NCBI GenBank assembly: GCA_001643675.2 | Contig: LSRY02000022.1 | Span: 1-64,000, forward strand | DNA length: 64,000 nucleotides | Origin: Monocercomonoides exilis PA203 | Lineage: Eukaryota; Protista; Preaxostyla | Direction: 5' to 3' | Shown: in pieces, positions 40,331-53,000 of the stretch | How positions within the stretch are numbered: position 1 is the first letter of the stretch | Layout: each line of letters begins with the position of its first letter | Translations under genes and position numbers: made by a program | The notes under the pieces: generated by a model | What the model was told of the DNA's origin: nothing | The model's input: the letters and a program-made list of their open reading frames with translations, nothing else | The model's database searches: none

Positions 40331-42777
40331 CTCTGAAAGATTCCGTTTGTTCGGTTTCAAGTTTGCTTGATTTTCTTTCTGTCTTCTGTCTATCAGTCTT
40401 TCTTTTTCGATATATTTACTGATATTTTTTGAAATATTATTTTTATTCTGAGTTAGCTTAGTTTTTCTATCGAGATGTCAATTGATCGAATTTAAAATAT
40501 TTTTTTTTATATGTCAAATATACGAATTAATTGGAAAGAGACCTGAATGCATGGAGCATAAGATGTTGAAAAGATCGAGGATGCCTTTGAACGTCAAAAG
40601 CAAAAAAGGAACGGTGACATCGGAAGGTAGTGCGCTTAATGGGTGCTTGTGGGGCGATAGCTCGGAGAGTGTAATGTGTGACTTCTTGAAGAAAGCAGTG
40701 CTTTGAGCAGCTTTTTAAAGGATTGTGGAAGCAGATTAAAAAGCACAGAGCAATATCAATCTGAGGAACTGGGAATCTGCGTAGCTGTGAAGCAAAGAAA
40801 GAAAAAAGGAATATTGCCAGAATCCGTCAAAGCGGGAACAAATTGGCGATGTGCTGCCACATTCTATGGTTCGGATGGAATTTTGCCATTTTTCCGGGCA
40901 ATATCAGGGTTGATGCGCCGTTCGTTAGTAAGCTCTTACAGCTGAATTTCTCGATTTTGTGCGCTGTTGAGGGAATCTTTCTGGAGACAGCTGCTTTATA
41001 TTTGGCATGTTGCATGAGGATATACATTGGAGAGGAAGGAATAAGTGATGAAAATATTGTTGACGCGCCTGAAGGTTGATCTTTGCTGCTTTGTTATAAA
41101 TTTGGACATCCAGCAGAAGTTCAGTTTGGAGTTGGGTAAGTCCGATAAGTGGAAAAGAAGAGCAGAAAAAATATTTTTGATTCATATCAGTTAGGCTGGC
41201 TGCGAGATGGGGCATTCAGTTGAAGTGTGAATTCGCATTTGCTTATGATTTATTTATTATTTATATTTATATTTATATTTTTATTGGCTTGCTCCACCAT
41301 CTTCTTTTTCAAAGAAAGACATTCTTGAAGCAGGTCGTGATATTTTTTTGAAGTGCCGAATTCCATGAAGAATGTATTTCTTGAAAGCAAGCGCAAATGG
41401 ATAGCCAATTCCTTGATTCAGTTTTGAAGAATATATGCTACAAGAAGAAAAGATATAACACATCGAGATATTGTTCGAGAAATTTCAGCTAAAGATGCAT
41501 GTATATGTTTTCATATTGAATTTTACAGTGAATAAGGTTGACAGATCTCCAAAAAAGCATGCTGAAGAAATTTTGCATTTGAACAAAATTTTGAAGTCAA
41601 ATGTGAACAATCAATAAAAAACGCTACAAATTTATTCAATTGATCGTATGATGGAGAGGAAAATGGAAAAACAATTGGGGAAGTTGGATGACTCGTCGAA
41701 GATGCGAAAGATGATAATGGAGAGGGTGATTACATGAGAACAAGGAATGAAAAAGGAGGGAGAAGAAGAAACAAGATGGAGTTGAATGAATAGAAGATGT
41801 TATTTCAGGAAGGAGACTGACGTCGGAGCAGCTGATTCGATTTGGCCGAAAGGTGATGGAGATGAAAGATGGAATGAGGAATGAAGCAGAAAAAGGATCA
41901 GCAATCAACAGGGATCTTTGTTTGCAGCAAGGAGAGTGAAGTGAGGAGTAGAGGAAAGCGCCGTTGCGGCAGGAGCATCACTCAGAATCCATCTTGTCTT
42001 CCCTTCCTTCCTCTGCTTCATTTCAGCTGCTTTCTTGTTGTTTTCTTTTGTTTTCTGAAGAAGCTGCTTTTGCAGCATCAAACTTGGGGGATAAGCTCCT
42101 TCTTTTAAATAAAATTCAAATAAAAAAAGGAATTGTTTTGTTTTTCATGTTTTTATTCTTGTTCATTGGCACAGAGTCCTATGACCCAAACAAAGTGAAC
42201 TGCGAAGCAAAGCATCCAAGTCATTTCACTTTGATTGATGTGCCAGTCAAATTAATGGAAATCAAAAATGATAAAAATGTGGCAAATACATCCAATTCAG
42301 TAGAGGGAGGACTTTGCAGCTTTCCTGCGGATGCAAAGTGCTTTCTCCTGAGCAACTTAAAAGTGAATAGCGAAAAATAACTTCAACGGAATAAATGAAC
42401 AAATGAACGAAAATATAAATTAAAATATTTATCTAAACAATGATAAAACCAACTTATAACAACAAAAATAAAATCATCATTGTAAAAGTCGAGTTTTATT
42501 AGGAAAGAAAATCGAATATCAATTCCTTCTCTTTTAATTGAAAACCACGATCTATGGGTAGTCGCCCGTGAGGATCAAGGTTGTGAAATGGGGGAAAATT
42601 TGAAATGCAATCTTCAATCTTACAACAACTTAACCTTTAACCAACAATTGGAAAAACGGGTTAACCGACTATACAAGCGTTATCACGTACTTTATTAACG
42701 CTAAGAAAAGGAATAAACAAGAACAACATTGCTCGAGACACTTATTTTCAGGGGTGGGAGTGAAACGGTGGTGGGCC

Positions 42778-42882
42778 AAAGAGAAGGAATTGATATTCGA
42801 TTTTCTTTCCTGATAAAAGTGCATTAGCACCTTTATTGTCAAGAAAATCTTCTATCAATTCCTTCTCTTTTTATTGAGAACC
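42778..42882. repeat. DIRS internal complementary region (ICR)
   Basis: First half is the reverse complement of about 42494-42534, second half of about 47092-47161. The halves overlap at ATAAAA. Confidence 0.92.
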
Positions 42883-43254
42883 TAAGTTAATCGGGAGCTG
42901 ATGAGACCATCATCAGCACAGCTCTTGTGATCGTCCTTTGCTTTTCCTCTGTTTCCTTCCTTATTTGGGCCCTTGTTTTGATTATGAACTCTTCTCCCTG
43001 TGCTGGCGTATCTCCTTTTCCTTCAGTTGGCTCTTCAACTCTTGTGGGCTTCGTTGGCTGCTCTTCCTTTCTTCTTTGTTCTGAACCTTCTCGTTGACAA
43101 ATGGAGCTATTGACTTGTGGCTTTGTGGTTTTCTCCTTTTCGTTTCTCTTCTTTGCTTCGGATCTTCTGCATATGGTTGTGCTATTTGCATCCTCTCTGT
43201 CCGCTTTTTCTTCTTGATCGTTTGTTGCAGAGGCAATGACACGGTTCGTTGATG

Positions 43255-44170
43255 ATGATAGGTTTGATCGAAAATAATGTTTGACCAACGTGTTTATTCA
43301 TGGGTAGAATCGTGCAAACTTTGCCACTTGTTCTGGGGGAATTCCTGCAATCGTCAGTGCTGAAAGGCTTGATGCTTTGATCGAGTACGGTGTGAATCTT
43401 TTAGGAACTCCTGCATTATAAATTGTTACCTTTGCAAGCTTCCGAATTCCTTCGACAGCTAACGGGTGAAAGTTCTCCGTGTTCAAAAGCAATTTGTCTG
43501 TGTGTCTGTTTTTCTCCGGAACTCTTTTCCATAATTCCTGGATTGCTGATGCCGGACAAATCAAACTCAGTTCTGGTGAGAACGGAACAGCAATCTCCAT
43601 GCGTGTGTTTGAGGTCTTCAACTTTGTGTCCAAATACACGCCTTCCTCCTCGAACCTGCTTTCCAACATATTGATCCTCTCAAGCTCCGTCAATCTACAA
43701 GCCGAAAACAACATCGTTAGGACAATGACTTTCATCGTGAGCTGTTTGAAACTTAGTCCTTCATTTGGTCCCAGTCCAGAAAAGAACTTAAGCACTATTC
43801 GAGGATTCCAAATGTCTCCTGTCTTCTTCTTTCATGACTTGTCCGTTTTTCGGAACGATCTGAAAAGAGTACGAATAATAGGAATATCTCCAAGGAAGGA
43901 AAAGAACACAATATTGGAGTAAAGCGATAATGCTGCCCTTGTCAACTGAAGGTAAGTCAACTTCATTCAGAAGTTTCGAAGCGATAGAAACACATTTGCA
44001 CAACATGCATCCCGCTCCTGAATAGAATCCGGAATTCTTCCGTATCCACACTCTTTCCATTGTTTTCCAAAATTAGCAAATCCATACAGATATCCTCTCC
44101 ATGTGCTCCTCGAAATGCCTGCTCTGCACTCCTCTGTTAACGAGAAATGGACTGATTTTTGTTCCAGTGC
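43255..44170 (-). pseudogene. DIRS tyrosine recombinase, frameshifted
   Basis: STWRGYLYGF N-terminus, LTMKVIVLTMLFSACRLTEL, KLKT, ICPASAI, YSIKAS, VKHY. Confidence 0.85.
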
Positions 44171-45323
44171 ATTCTTCTACCATTGTTCTCCATCGCGTAA
44201 GGTGCATTCAGCCAGATTATCCTCAATCGACCTGGTGGAAGACTCGCACCTGTCCATTGCATCGATGGACCCTTCCACAGAACCTCCTTCTGATTCTTCC
44301 AAGTCCATTCCAAACGGGGAATGGACATTAACAAGCTTTCCCAATTCTGTCCCTTCCAATTCGGCAGGAGTAAAATCACTTGTGCTTTCTCCTGTCGTGC
44401 TTTCTGGATCGTCGGAATCACAAGAGGGATCGGTGGATGAGCTAACACGACTTCGTTCTTCCAGGGAAACATCAGTCCGTTTAATGCGAGTTGATTTCTT
44501 TTCATCACCATCATCCCACTTTGCTGTTATGTCGAGCTGCAAATGCGTCCAGCGTTGGAGCAATGTTGAGTTTCGTCTTTATCTTTTCCCATTCTTCGTC
44601 CTGCACCTCGTAGTCTCCTGCTCTCTCCAGCCGTGATAAGGCATCTGCTCTTGTGTTCAGTACACCTGGAACATGTGACGCTCTCAACTCTATGCCTAGA
44701 TCTTGTTTGAGTCTCCATAATTTCCTCAGCACTGGTCGAAGCCTCTTCCCTGCATTCCATCTGTTTATGTTGAACACCACGGATGTGTTGTCCGATCTTA
44801 GGTGAAGAAAGGACACATGATGTTCCTGAAGAGTTGGTGAGAAGTGGACAAGAGCAAGAAATACTGCCATTAGTTCTCTGAAATTGGAAGATTGCTTCCT
44901 CACTCGGTGGGGGAACGGATTGTGTGCATCGAGGAGCTGGTTGTTCAAGAGAAGAGATGCTCCCCAAGCCGTCTCCGATGCATCTGTTGTGAGAGTTGCA
45001 TCCGGTGAAAATACTGGGATAAGCCTGCGTCTTGGGTGTGCTCTCAACTTCGATATCCATTGCTGAATCTGCAGCAGGATTGAAGCATTCAACCTCAATT
45101 TGCCTTTCCATCCTCTTTCCTTTATTCCTTTCTGGAGCATGCGATGCATGGAGTGAAGCCATTGAGAAGCGTCTGGCTGAACAAACCGAACAGCGTTGAG
45201 TTTTCCAATAAAAGAAGCCAGATGTTTCACTTTCACAATTCTTGCTATCATGCAATCTTTTTCCCATATGCGACACAAGCGAGTCAGTGCTTCTCTTCTG
45301 TCTCTTGCAAGCCGCACCTTCAT
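44137..45323 (-). pseudogene. DIRS RNase H plus N6-adenine methyltransferase-like domain
   Basis: TDASETAWG, SSNFRELMAV, SDNTSVV, HVPGVLNTRADALSR, then LDAFAARHN and (after a frameshift) W..VLAHPPIPL..LLLPNW..QNW. Confidence 0.88.
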
Positions 45324-45377
45324 CTTCGACGAGTCCCACTGGAAGCCAAGGAAAGAAAACCTTCTTCTTGAAATTAA

Positions 45378-46256
45378 TTAACTCTCCTCCTGGTTCACCA
45401 AAAGACCTAGTTCCTCCAGAAACCTGATAATCTCTTTGGCGGCCTGTGCCAAGTATTCCTTGTTCTCGTGTAACATAAGGAAATCGTCCAAATATGCGAT
45501 TACACGAACGTCCCATCGTTTTCTGATTACTGAAGTCACATTCCTCATCGCGTACGTGAAAATTCTCGGAGCATCTACGAAACCAAACGGCATTCCTCTT
45601 AATGTGCAGTCTTTTCCAGAAAATCTGAAAGCTAAAAATGGTCTTTGTATTTTGGAAACCGGAAGCAGATAGAAAGCCTGTTGTAAATCCACTGTAATTG
45701 CGTAATCTTGTCCTCTCAGAACACGCTCCACTGTCTTTTCGTTATCGCATTTGAAATGTGTCTTTATCAAGGCTGTGTTCAATCTCCTGCAATCCAGTAT
45801 CTGCCTCCATGCTCCCGATTTCTTTCTGATCAAGAACACGCTGTTTCTGTGCCTCGCATCTTCTGACCTTATCTCCTCCACAATTCCTGTCTCTATCTGC
45901 TCCTTTGGAAGATCTGAAAATGCTTTTCTTTGTTCTTCGTTTGAGTGCACAGCTCCATCTCTGTACGGCATGTCCTTTTGCTTCCTTCTTATGCGTTTGC
46001 TTTTCCACATCGCCTGCACTCCCTGTCTGATCAACTTGGCACCACAAATTCTTTTCCAAGTTTCTATAAAACACTTAATTCTTCCTCCAATCGTTATCCA
46101 ACCTGTAAATCCTTTCCTCACTCCATCTTCTCTTTTTGTTGTTGATCCCGACTTTGGACGTTGTATCTCCAGCTCGTTGTAGCCCATCCATCTCTCTGCC
46201 GCTTTCCTCCTCGTGTTTCCTGTGAGCGGGGTCCTCTCCGAAAAAACTGTGAGCAC
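45378..46256 (-). pseudogene. DIRS reverse transcriptase
   Basis: VFLIRKKSGAWRQILDCRRLN, VDLQQAF, GMPFG..APRIFT, YLDD. Confidence 0.93.
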
Positions 46257-46259
46257 CAG

Positions 46260-47084
46260 ATCTTTCTTGGAATTGTGTTATCTCTGCTTGTGAAAACCTA
46301 TGTTGTTGAGTTCCTTTCTCCTTTTGATTATATGGAAATTGTTGACATTCTGCTCGTTGACTTCACGGGAGTTGAGGAGCTTGTCGTTAATCATGTCTCC
46401 TTCAGAATCTTTTCATGCTATTCTGTTCATAGTCCAGTTGCATTCTCTGATTTCATTTGCTCCGCCATCCGAAAACCAAATCTTCCTTGTAGCCTGGTTG
46501 TTCTCGCCTCCTGTAAAGCCTTCGCTATAAGTAGTAGCGCATCAGCTCCCCTTCGTGCACTTTCCCGATGAGGGTCTGAGTCCGCCAAGCTCAAAAGCTG
46601 AACCTTGAAGGCCTGATACAAACCCATTTCTATCCTATATCCCGCAGAATCCAACGCATCATTAAACCAATTGGCCGATTTTTGGCAGGGGGGAGGAGCT
46701 GGCTGCAATACTGGGCTAAGATCCTGAAGCGAATATTCTTGTTCAACACTTTCTATCGAAAATGCAGGAAGTTGAAGATCAAAAATGGATTTATTTGGTT
46801 CTTGACCGAAAATGCCATTAAAAACGTCAGCAGCCCTTTCAAGCAGGTCTGAGTCTGTTTCTTCTTCTATGCTTTTTTCTTCGGTTGCTCTCGCTGCTGT
46901 TTCCGTAAGACTTGATTGAGACGTTACCGACGCAGAAGAAGGAATTGGTGGAAGGAGCGCTTGGACTCCAAGCTGGCTTTTCACCCCACCTGGCAGTGAG
47001 GCTGCTTAGGTTGCCGGTGTAAGTCCAGTTGTTTGCGGGAAAAAAGGTGATTGCATCATTGATCCGATAATGGCGACTACCCAT
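46260..47084 (-). pseudogene. DIRS gag-like ORF1, frameshifted
   Basis: ORFs 46839-47084 and 46427-46984 lie between the 5' ITR and the RT. Confidence 0.6.
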
Positions 47085-47579
47085 AGATCGTGGTTCTCAA
47101 TGAAAAGAGAAGGAATTGATAAAAGATTTTCTTGACAATAAAGGTGCTTATGCACTTTTATTGTCCGTCAAAATGGACAAAACAAAATTCAATAAAACGT
47201 CTAATAATCTTTCAACCATCGCAATTATCAAAAGCCTTTCTCTCCTTCTTCCCTCTTCTCCATCAAACTCTTCCCAAGGCTTTTCTGAAAATTGTGAACA
47301 ATGAATGCTGAATGATAACAACAGTGAATAGTGTACATATACAAATACAAATAAATCTTCACTCACATACATACATACATACAAACACAAATGCATTTCC
47401 TTTCACCATCACCAACAAAATAACAAACGTTAAATAATAGTGTTAAATTCAAACTGAAAAATGGTTGTTGAATGATTAATTGTGCAAAATCAATTGTGAA
47501 AGTGAAAATATCAATAAAAAAAAAAAGAATAATCCCCTTCTTTTCCTTTCTCCCTTTCTCCCTTTCTTCCCTTCTCTGA

Positions 47580-48990
47580 CACCTACTCTCTAACACATGG
47601 TTGCTCATCTCCTGCTCCTTGTCTCTACCAACACCATCCGAGTTGTACTTCGATCTTCTCTTCTTTACAACCACCACCACCGCTGCAATCACAAACACAA
47701 TCGGCACCACAACTGCCACAACAATCACTCCTGTGTTTGTTTTTGGTTCGTCTTTCTTTTCTGGATCTGGTTCCTTCCTCTTCAGATATTTCTCATACAC
47801 ATCCTCTGGCTCAACATCGACATCTGCTGCTCCAACAACCCACCCTTAATTCCCTTCATCGTAGTTCTTTGCAAACTCATATGCATTATCCTGCTTGCTG
47901 AATGAGTCAAAATCTGGAGCCACAATGCACAACGACACTCCTGATGTTCCTTTCCCGCTGTTCGTTCCATCAATCTCCAGTTTGTTCTCTCCTGGAAGCT
48001 CAAGATTCCCACTCACATGCTCCATCTCAATATATGCCGCACCTGACTTCCCGTTTTCTGCCTTGCACTCCTTGAATGTGCACGCCTTTGTCCTTCCCAT
48101 CTTCACCTTCGAATTCTCCTCTCCCAGCGCTATCTCCACTCCTGCCGTCTTCCCACTCTTTGACTTCACCTCTTCCATCTTCAGCCCTTCAACAACAACA
48201 ATCGCCCTTTTTATCTCTTCTGTTCCATCATTCTTCTTATTCTCTTTCTCCTCTCCTTTTATTCCATTTTTGATGCTCATTGCTGCTCCCTCTTCCACTT
48301 CCACCTTCTTCACTTCCACATCCTCAATCACAACTTACTTTGCTCCTTCAATCAAAAATGGTGTTGCTGAAAATTTCACTTCGTTCTCCGAAGTGCATTC
48401 AACCTGATTCATTGTCAATGTTCCTAGACTCACTTTTACAAGATGGATTTCAATTTCTCCCTCTGTTGGTCATCAAAGCGACAGTTTGAAATTGAAAGTG
48501 ATGCTGATTCTGTACCAGGGTGAATAAGCGCTGATGGATCTGTGTTTGCTTTCAATCCTTCTGTTCCTTCACTTAATGTTATTGGGAAGTCAAACATCAA
48601 GTATCCAAATGAAATTTCTTTCTTGCATGTGAAAAGATCATTATTTGATTTTGCATCGCAACCGATCTTCACTTTTTCATTTGTTCCTGCTGCATTTGTA
48701 ATTCCTCCAATCATTACTCCTGCTGATTTATCAAATGCCATTGCTTCAGCTTTTAGAACATCAGTAACAGTTTCGTCTTTGATTTCTTTAATGGAAAACG
48801 CTTGATCGCTCGTTTCTGCAAGCAAATCATAAGCTCCTTTCAAACTTCCAATCGGTGATTCAAATGTCTTTCCACCTCCCCCAGTTGCCCCGCTTTTAAC
48901 AAACACAGTTGTGTCCGTATTCGCTGGATCAGCTGTTTGTGACAAAATAGTTAATGCAAAAAATATCACAGAAATAATTCCTTTCATTAA
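47580..48990 (-). pseudogene. Type I membrane surface protein (beta-helix-like), disrupted
   Basis: Signal peptide MKGIISVIFFALTILS, beta-helix-like repeats (CTFKECKAENGKSGAAYI), C-terminal TM VIVVAVVVPIVFVIAAVVVVVKKRR. Frameshifts and stops between ORFs. Confidence 0.65.
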
Positions 48991-49410
48991 AATAGGCTTT
49001 TTCAGTCTTTCAAACAAAAAAATGATCGTTTCTCATATTCAATGTATTGTTAATAGAACACATAAAGGTTACACCTAATTTATGGAATCTATATGAATGC
49101 AATTTCTGACTGCAAATACTCGAAGTGTACCAATACAGTTGCTGTTGGAGCAAAGAAAAACGCGGAATAATTGCGTTCCATAATAAAATTTCACAAGAAA
49201 TGTTTTATCATCTGTGGGACTGATACTGCATGTGTGCAAGTTAATTTCTATCAAACGCGTAAACGGAGTATATTTTCTTGAGGATGGGAAGAGGGAGATT
49301 TTTTTGAGGAATGCGATGCTCACGATGGAAAGATGAAAAATAGATATTATCGTGCCATCTTTTTTGATGGATTATTTTGTGGAATGTTTTGTGATGTGGC
49401 TGCTTGCCTG

Positions 49411-50889
49411 GGCAAATGGTACTTATAAGCCACCTCACAAATCTTTACAAAACAAAGAAATGATTTAAGTTATCAAATTGTTTTTTAATGTTAAGAAGTA
49501 TGATATGTGGAAAAATCTGTATTTATTTATCAGCCTCCCATTCAGATGCATCAGTTCCATCCCCAGCCCCATCTGACGATGTATCTGTTTCAAGTTCATA
49601 ATCGGATTCTGAAGATTCTTCTTCGCGTAGCATTTCAGCTCCAGCCTCTTCTTCCTCTTCTTCTGGACCAAAAGCTTCATCCTCAAGAGCTTTGTATTCT
49701 TCATCAGTGTATTTCACAACATTCGACACACACATGGAAAAATCAACTTTTCGATTTCTGAAAAACAAAAATGAATAGATAAATACTTGCATTCGATTTT
49801 GTCTCACTCCATGTGAAGGAAGGAATTTTCGAAGTGCAGCCCACAACGCTTCGATATGATTTGTGCAAGCGCCTGTGATTGGATCTGAATAAGTGCAAAA
49901 TAACATTTCATGAAAAAAACACAATATAAAAAGAAAAAAAAACCAACAAAATGCTCGGAATGATTGACGGTCTTGTGTGTGAATCCATTCTCACTCAAAG
50001 AAGAATATGCTTTCCATTGATCATAGTGAATTTCTGTTCCGGAACGAATATATTTTTTTATTAACGGAATTAATACTGAAGCAGATCGATTAACAATTGG
50101 ATAAACAAATGCTTTTCCTCCACGTTCCTGAACACCGAAAATCCATATCTGCTTCTTCGCATGGTCTAACAAAAAAGAAAAATTTAAGATCATGTTTCAA
50201 TAGATAATGAATCAAAACCTCTCCTATATTATCGCCTTCTCCAAACAGCTTCATCGATTTCCACAATGCGTCCAAGACCTCCTATGGGAGTTTGTATTCC
50301 TCCTATCATCTGAGCGCATGTTCTACCGCAAACGCAATAATAATAAGATGCGCTATGTCTTTCGCATGAAGTTAGAGGTGATGATTGTTTAATATTGAGA
50401 TGATGGTAAAAGATGAAAGGATCAGAATAAGATTAGAAATTGAAATTCTGTCCCATAAGAGACTTCTTTACGGCATTTGCGGTATCTGAAGAACCATTTT
50501 CCTTCATTTGCTCCAATAAAAATTATTAATGAACGACAAGTTGTTATTGTGCATCTTCTTGCAGTGTTTATCACATTGTCGTGAAGCCGTTGCATGGTTT
50601 CTCCATTATCGTAATATATTTTTCAACAAATTCAGTTTTTCTTCCATTGCATAATTCAATTTTTAACGTTCAACAATGTTTTTGGTATAATATTTATACT
50701 CATCAATATCAAAACCGACAATAATGTGTACAAATATTTTATGTTTTTTATGGATTGATCATATTTTTTTTCAAGAAAATCTGATTTTTCCGCTTATTAA
50801 CGATTGATATATCTTTTCAAATGTGGCTTAAACATATAAAATAAACTTTATCTTAAATTTAGCAAGGTGGCATATAAGTTCCATATGCC
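49411..50889 (-). mobile_element. Merlin (IS1595/ISXO2-like) DNA transposon, about 1.48 kb
   Basis: TIRs GGCAAATGGTACTTATAAGCCACCT and AGGTGGCATATAAGTTCCATATGCC; 8-bp TSD CTTGCCTG at 49403-49410 and 50890-50897. Confidence 0.95.
49523..50700 (-). pseudogene. ISXO2-like DDE transposase with spliceosomal introns and a premature stop
   Basis: IGGLGRIVEIDEA..RRR*YRR (TAA 50229-50231), WIFGVQERG, IHYDQWKAY, HKTVNHSEHFV|DPITGACTNHIEALW. Introns 50166-50218 and 49885-49943. Confidence 0.9.
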
Positions 50890-50897
50890 CTTGCCTG

Positions 50898-52130
50898 TAC
50901 CAGTGGAGCTTGAGGGATGAGTTATTTCGTTCTCTGGAGCTTTCAGAAAGTGTGTTTTGAGTTGTTTGGGTTTGACATATTTTTTTTGGATTATTTTGTT
51001 TTTCAGAGGACGTTATTGAAGTTTATTTTTTTGCTTATGAGGCCATTTTTGAGAGTGACGAAGCCCGGAGCAGAAGATATCTGGAAATAGCAGATGGAAT
51101 GGAAGAGAAGGGATTGAAGCGATTATTCAAAATTGTTTCTAGTTTTTATGAGGTTGCTGCTGAAAGAAAATGCAATTCATTGGAAAAGGATCCTTTTGTA
51201 GCCCTGCTGCAGGAACATTTTTTGCTGAGATGTTGATAGAAATTATGTTGCTGGGGTTAGAATTGAGACAAGTTTGGGAAGAAGATTGGCTTGAAAAAGT
51301 GTTTAAAAAGAAAGAGGAAAGGCTGAAAAGACCCTTTGTTTGTTGGTTGAACGATGCGAATGCTATGTGTCATCAGATGCAAATTCGCACGTTCCATCAG
51401 CAGAAGAACTGTTATTTTGAGTGTTTTGATATTTGAGAATTGCTTGGAAGAAAGAGGGGAATGAGGAAACTCAAAATGAAATCGAAATGCCTTTTCTGCG
51501 CTTGAGTGAAACAGGAGTCACAGTATGAACTTATTTCTTTTTTGAATTATTATTCGGATTTGTTGAATATTTATTTATGTTCATCAGGATTAAGTCAAAA
51601 GAAGTTGGCATATAAGATGTTGCAGAAACCATAAAAAGCCTTCAAGAGCATCTGCATTTGGCACAGCTTGACTGACAGTTGAACACAAGAGAGTTGGAAG
51701 GGCAATCGACATGAGTGGAGTGGAAAGGGGGAAAAGGCGGAATGAATATCATTATTATTTAAAGCTTGTAGAATGCTTGGAGCTTCTTTTTCAATTGACA
51801 GTTTTGATGAAGTTGAATTCAGGTTGTTTGCTGAATGGATGGCTCGAGGGTTATTGAATGTTGTGGAGTTACTTGGGGATGTCAGATTGCATCACTCGTT
51901 TTGCAGAAAGCCAACCATTGTTGTAAAATGCCATTCGAATTGCTGCTTTTCTGGGTTTCTGTTCTTTTCTAAGTTCCAAATAGATTGAAAGAATGCTCAT
52001 TATGTTTTGTTGGCAGAACTTGTGGTAGGTTTTGGATTGAGAGAATTTTGTGTTGAAGAAATTGGGCACGATGAATGCACAGCAATTGTTTGAGATATTT
52101 GGAAGCATGATTTGCTGATTGGAAATATGA
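50898..52130 (+). pseudogene. Degenerate gene remnant, probably continuing from about 49100-49410 and interrupted by the Merlin element
   Basis: Coding-like composition with multiple stops on both sides of the TSD. Confidence 0.35.
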
Positions 52131-53000
52131 TGATTTTTTGTTTCTTTTTTATTATTTTCACGTTTCGTTCATTTAATAAAAATGCAAGAAATGGAATACG
52201 ATTGAAAATGGATTATTTTTTTCACTGATCGCAGTGAATGAATTATTTTTGGCATGAAATAATAGAAATTTTTTTTTCTTTTTTTTTCTTTTTTCTTTTT
52301 TTTTTCTTTTTCTTTTTTTTTTTTTTGCAACTGGAATAAACTGTTCTTTAATAATAATATATTTTGAATTAAGCTCTTTCCAAAATTTTGGAATTTATTA
52401 AATAAAAACAAAAATATGGCTTATCATTTTTGAAATCACACTTTCGTTAGAGTTTTTATCAAAATTTTCATCTCGATGGGATTTTTGAAAAAAATTTGTT
52501 TCTGCAATAATAACATCATGAACAACGTGTGTAAACAGTTAAAGTTCTTTTTTGACAAAATCCCATTGAGATTAAAATATTGATCAAAATTCGAAAGAAA
52601 GGATGATTTCAAATATAATAAGTCATATAATATTTTAATCACTTTCCGATGCTCACCCAAAAACCAATTTATCACAAAAAAAGATTTTTTTTTGAATAAA
52701 TACTCAAATTTTTTAATTTTGAATAAAAACTTTACCTATTTTGAATCAGAAGTTTACCAAATACGAATAACAAATGGTGAAATTCGTTAAGCAAAAAATA
52801 TTGTCACAAATAAGATGAATTTTTGTAAAAGTGGTTGATATTAAAATAATGTGAGGTTTGTAATTATTATTTTTTTGATTTTCAAAAGTGAATTCTTTAT
52901 TATTCAATCAATAAGAAGAAATGAGAATAACTTTTAATGTTGATCAACATTGATCAAATGTTTAATTTGATAAATCAATCAGTTTCATCTAACAGGAGCC

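Larger units (their letters stand above)
42494..47162 (-). mobile_element. DIRS1-type tyrosine-recombinase retrotransposon (gag, RT, RNase H, MTase-like, YR), structurally complete, ORFs disrupted
   Basis: ITR cores 42517-42566 and 47072-47121 (48/50 match), ICR 42778-42882 complementary to both termini, TTTTATT at both ends, and the expected domain order. Confidence 0.95.

Noticed and set aside
40480-42380. Short ORFs between IQCH and the DIRS element
   Set aside because: Coding-like but fragmentary; no motif I can support.
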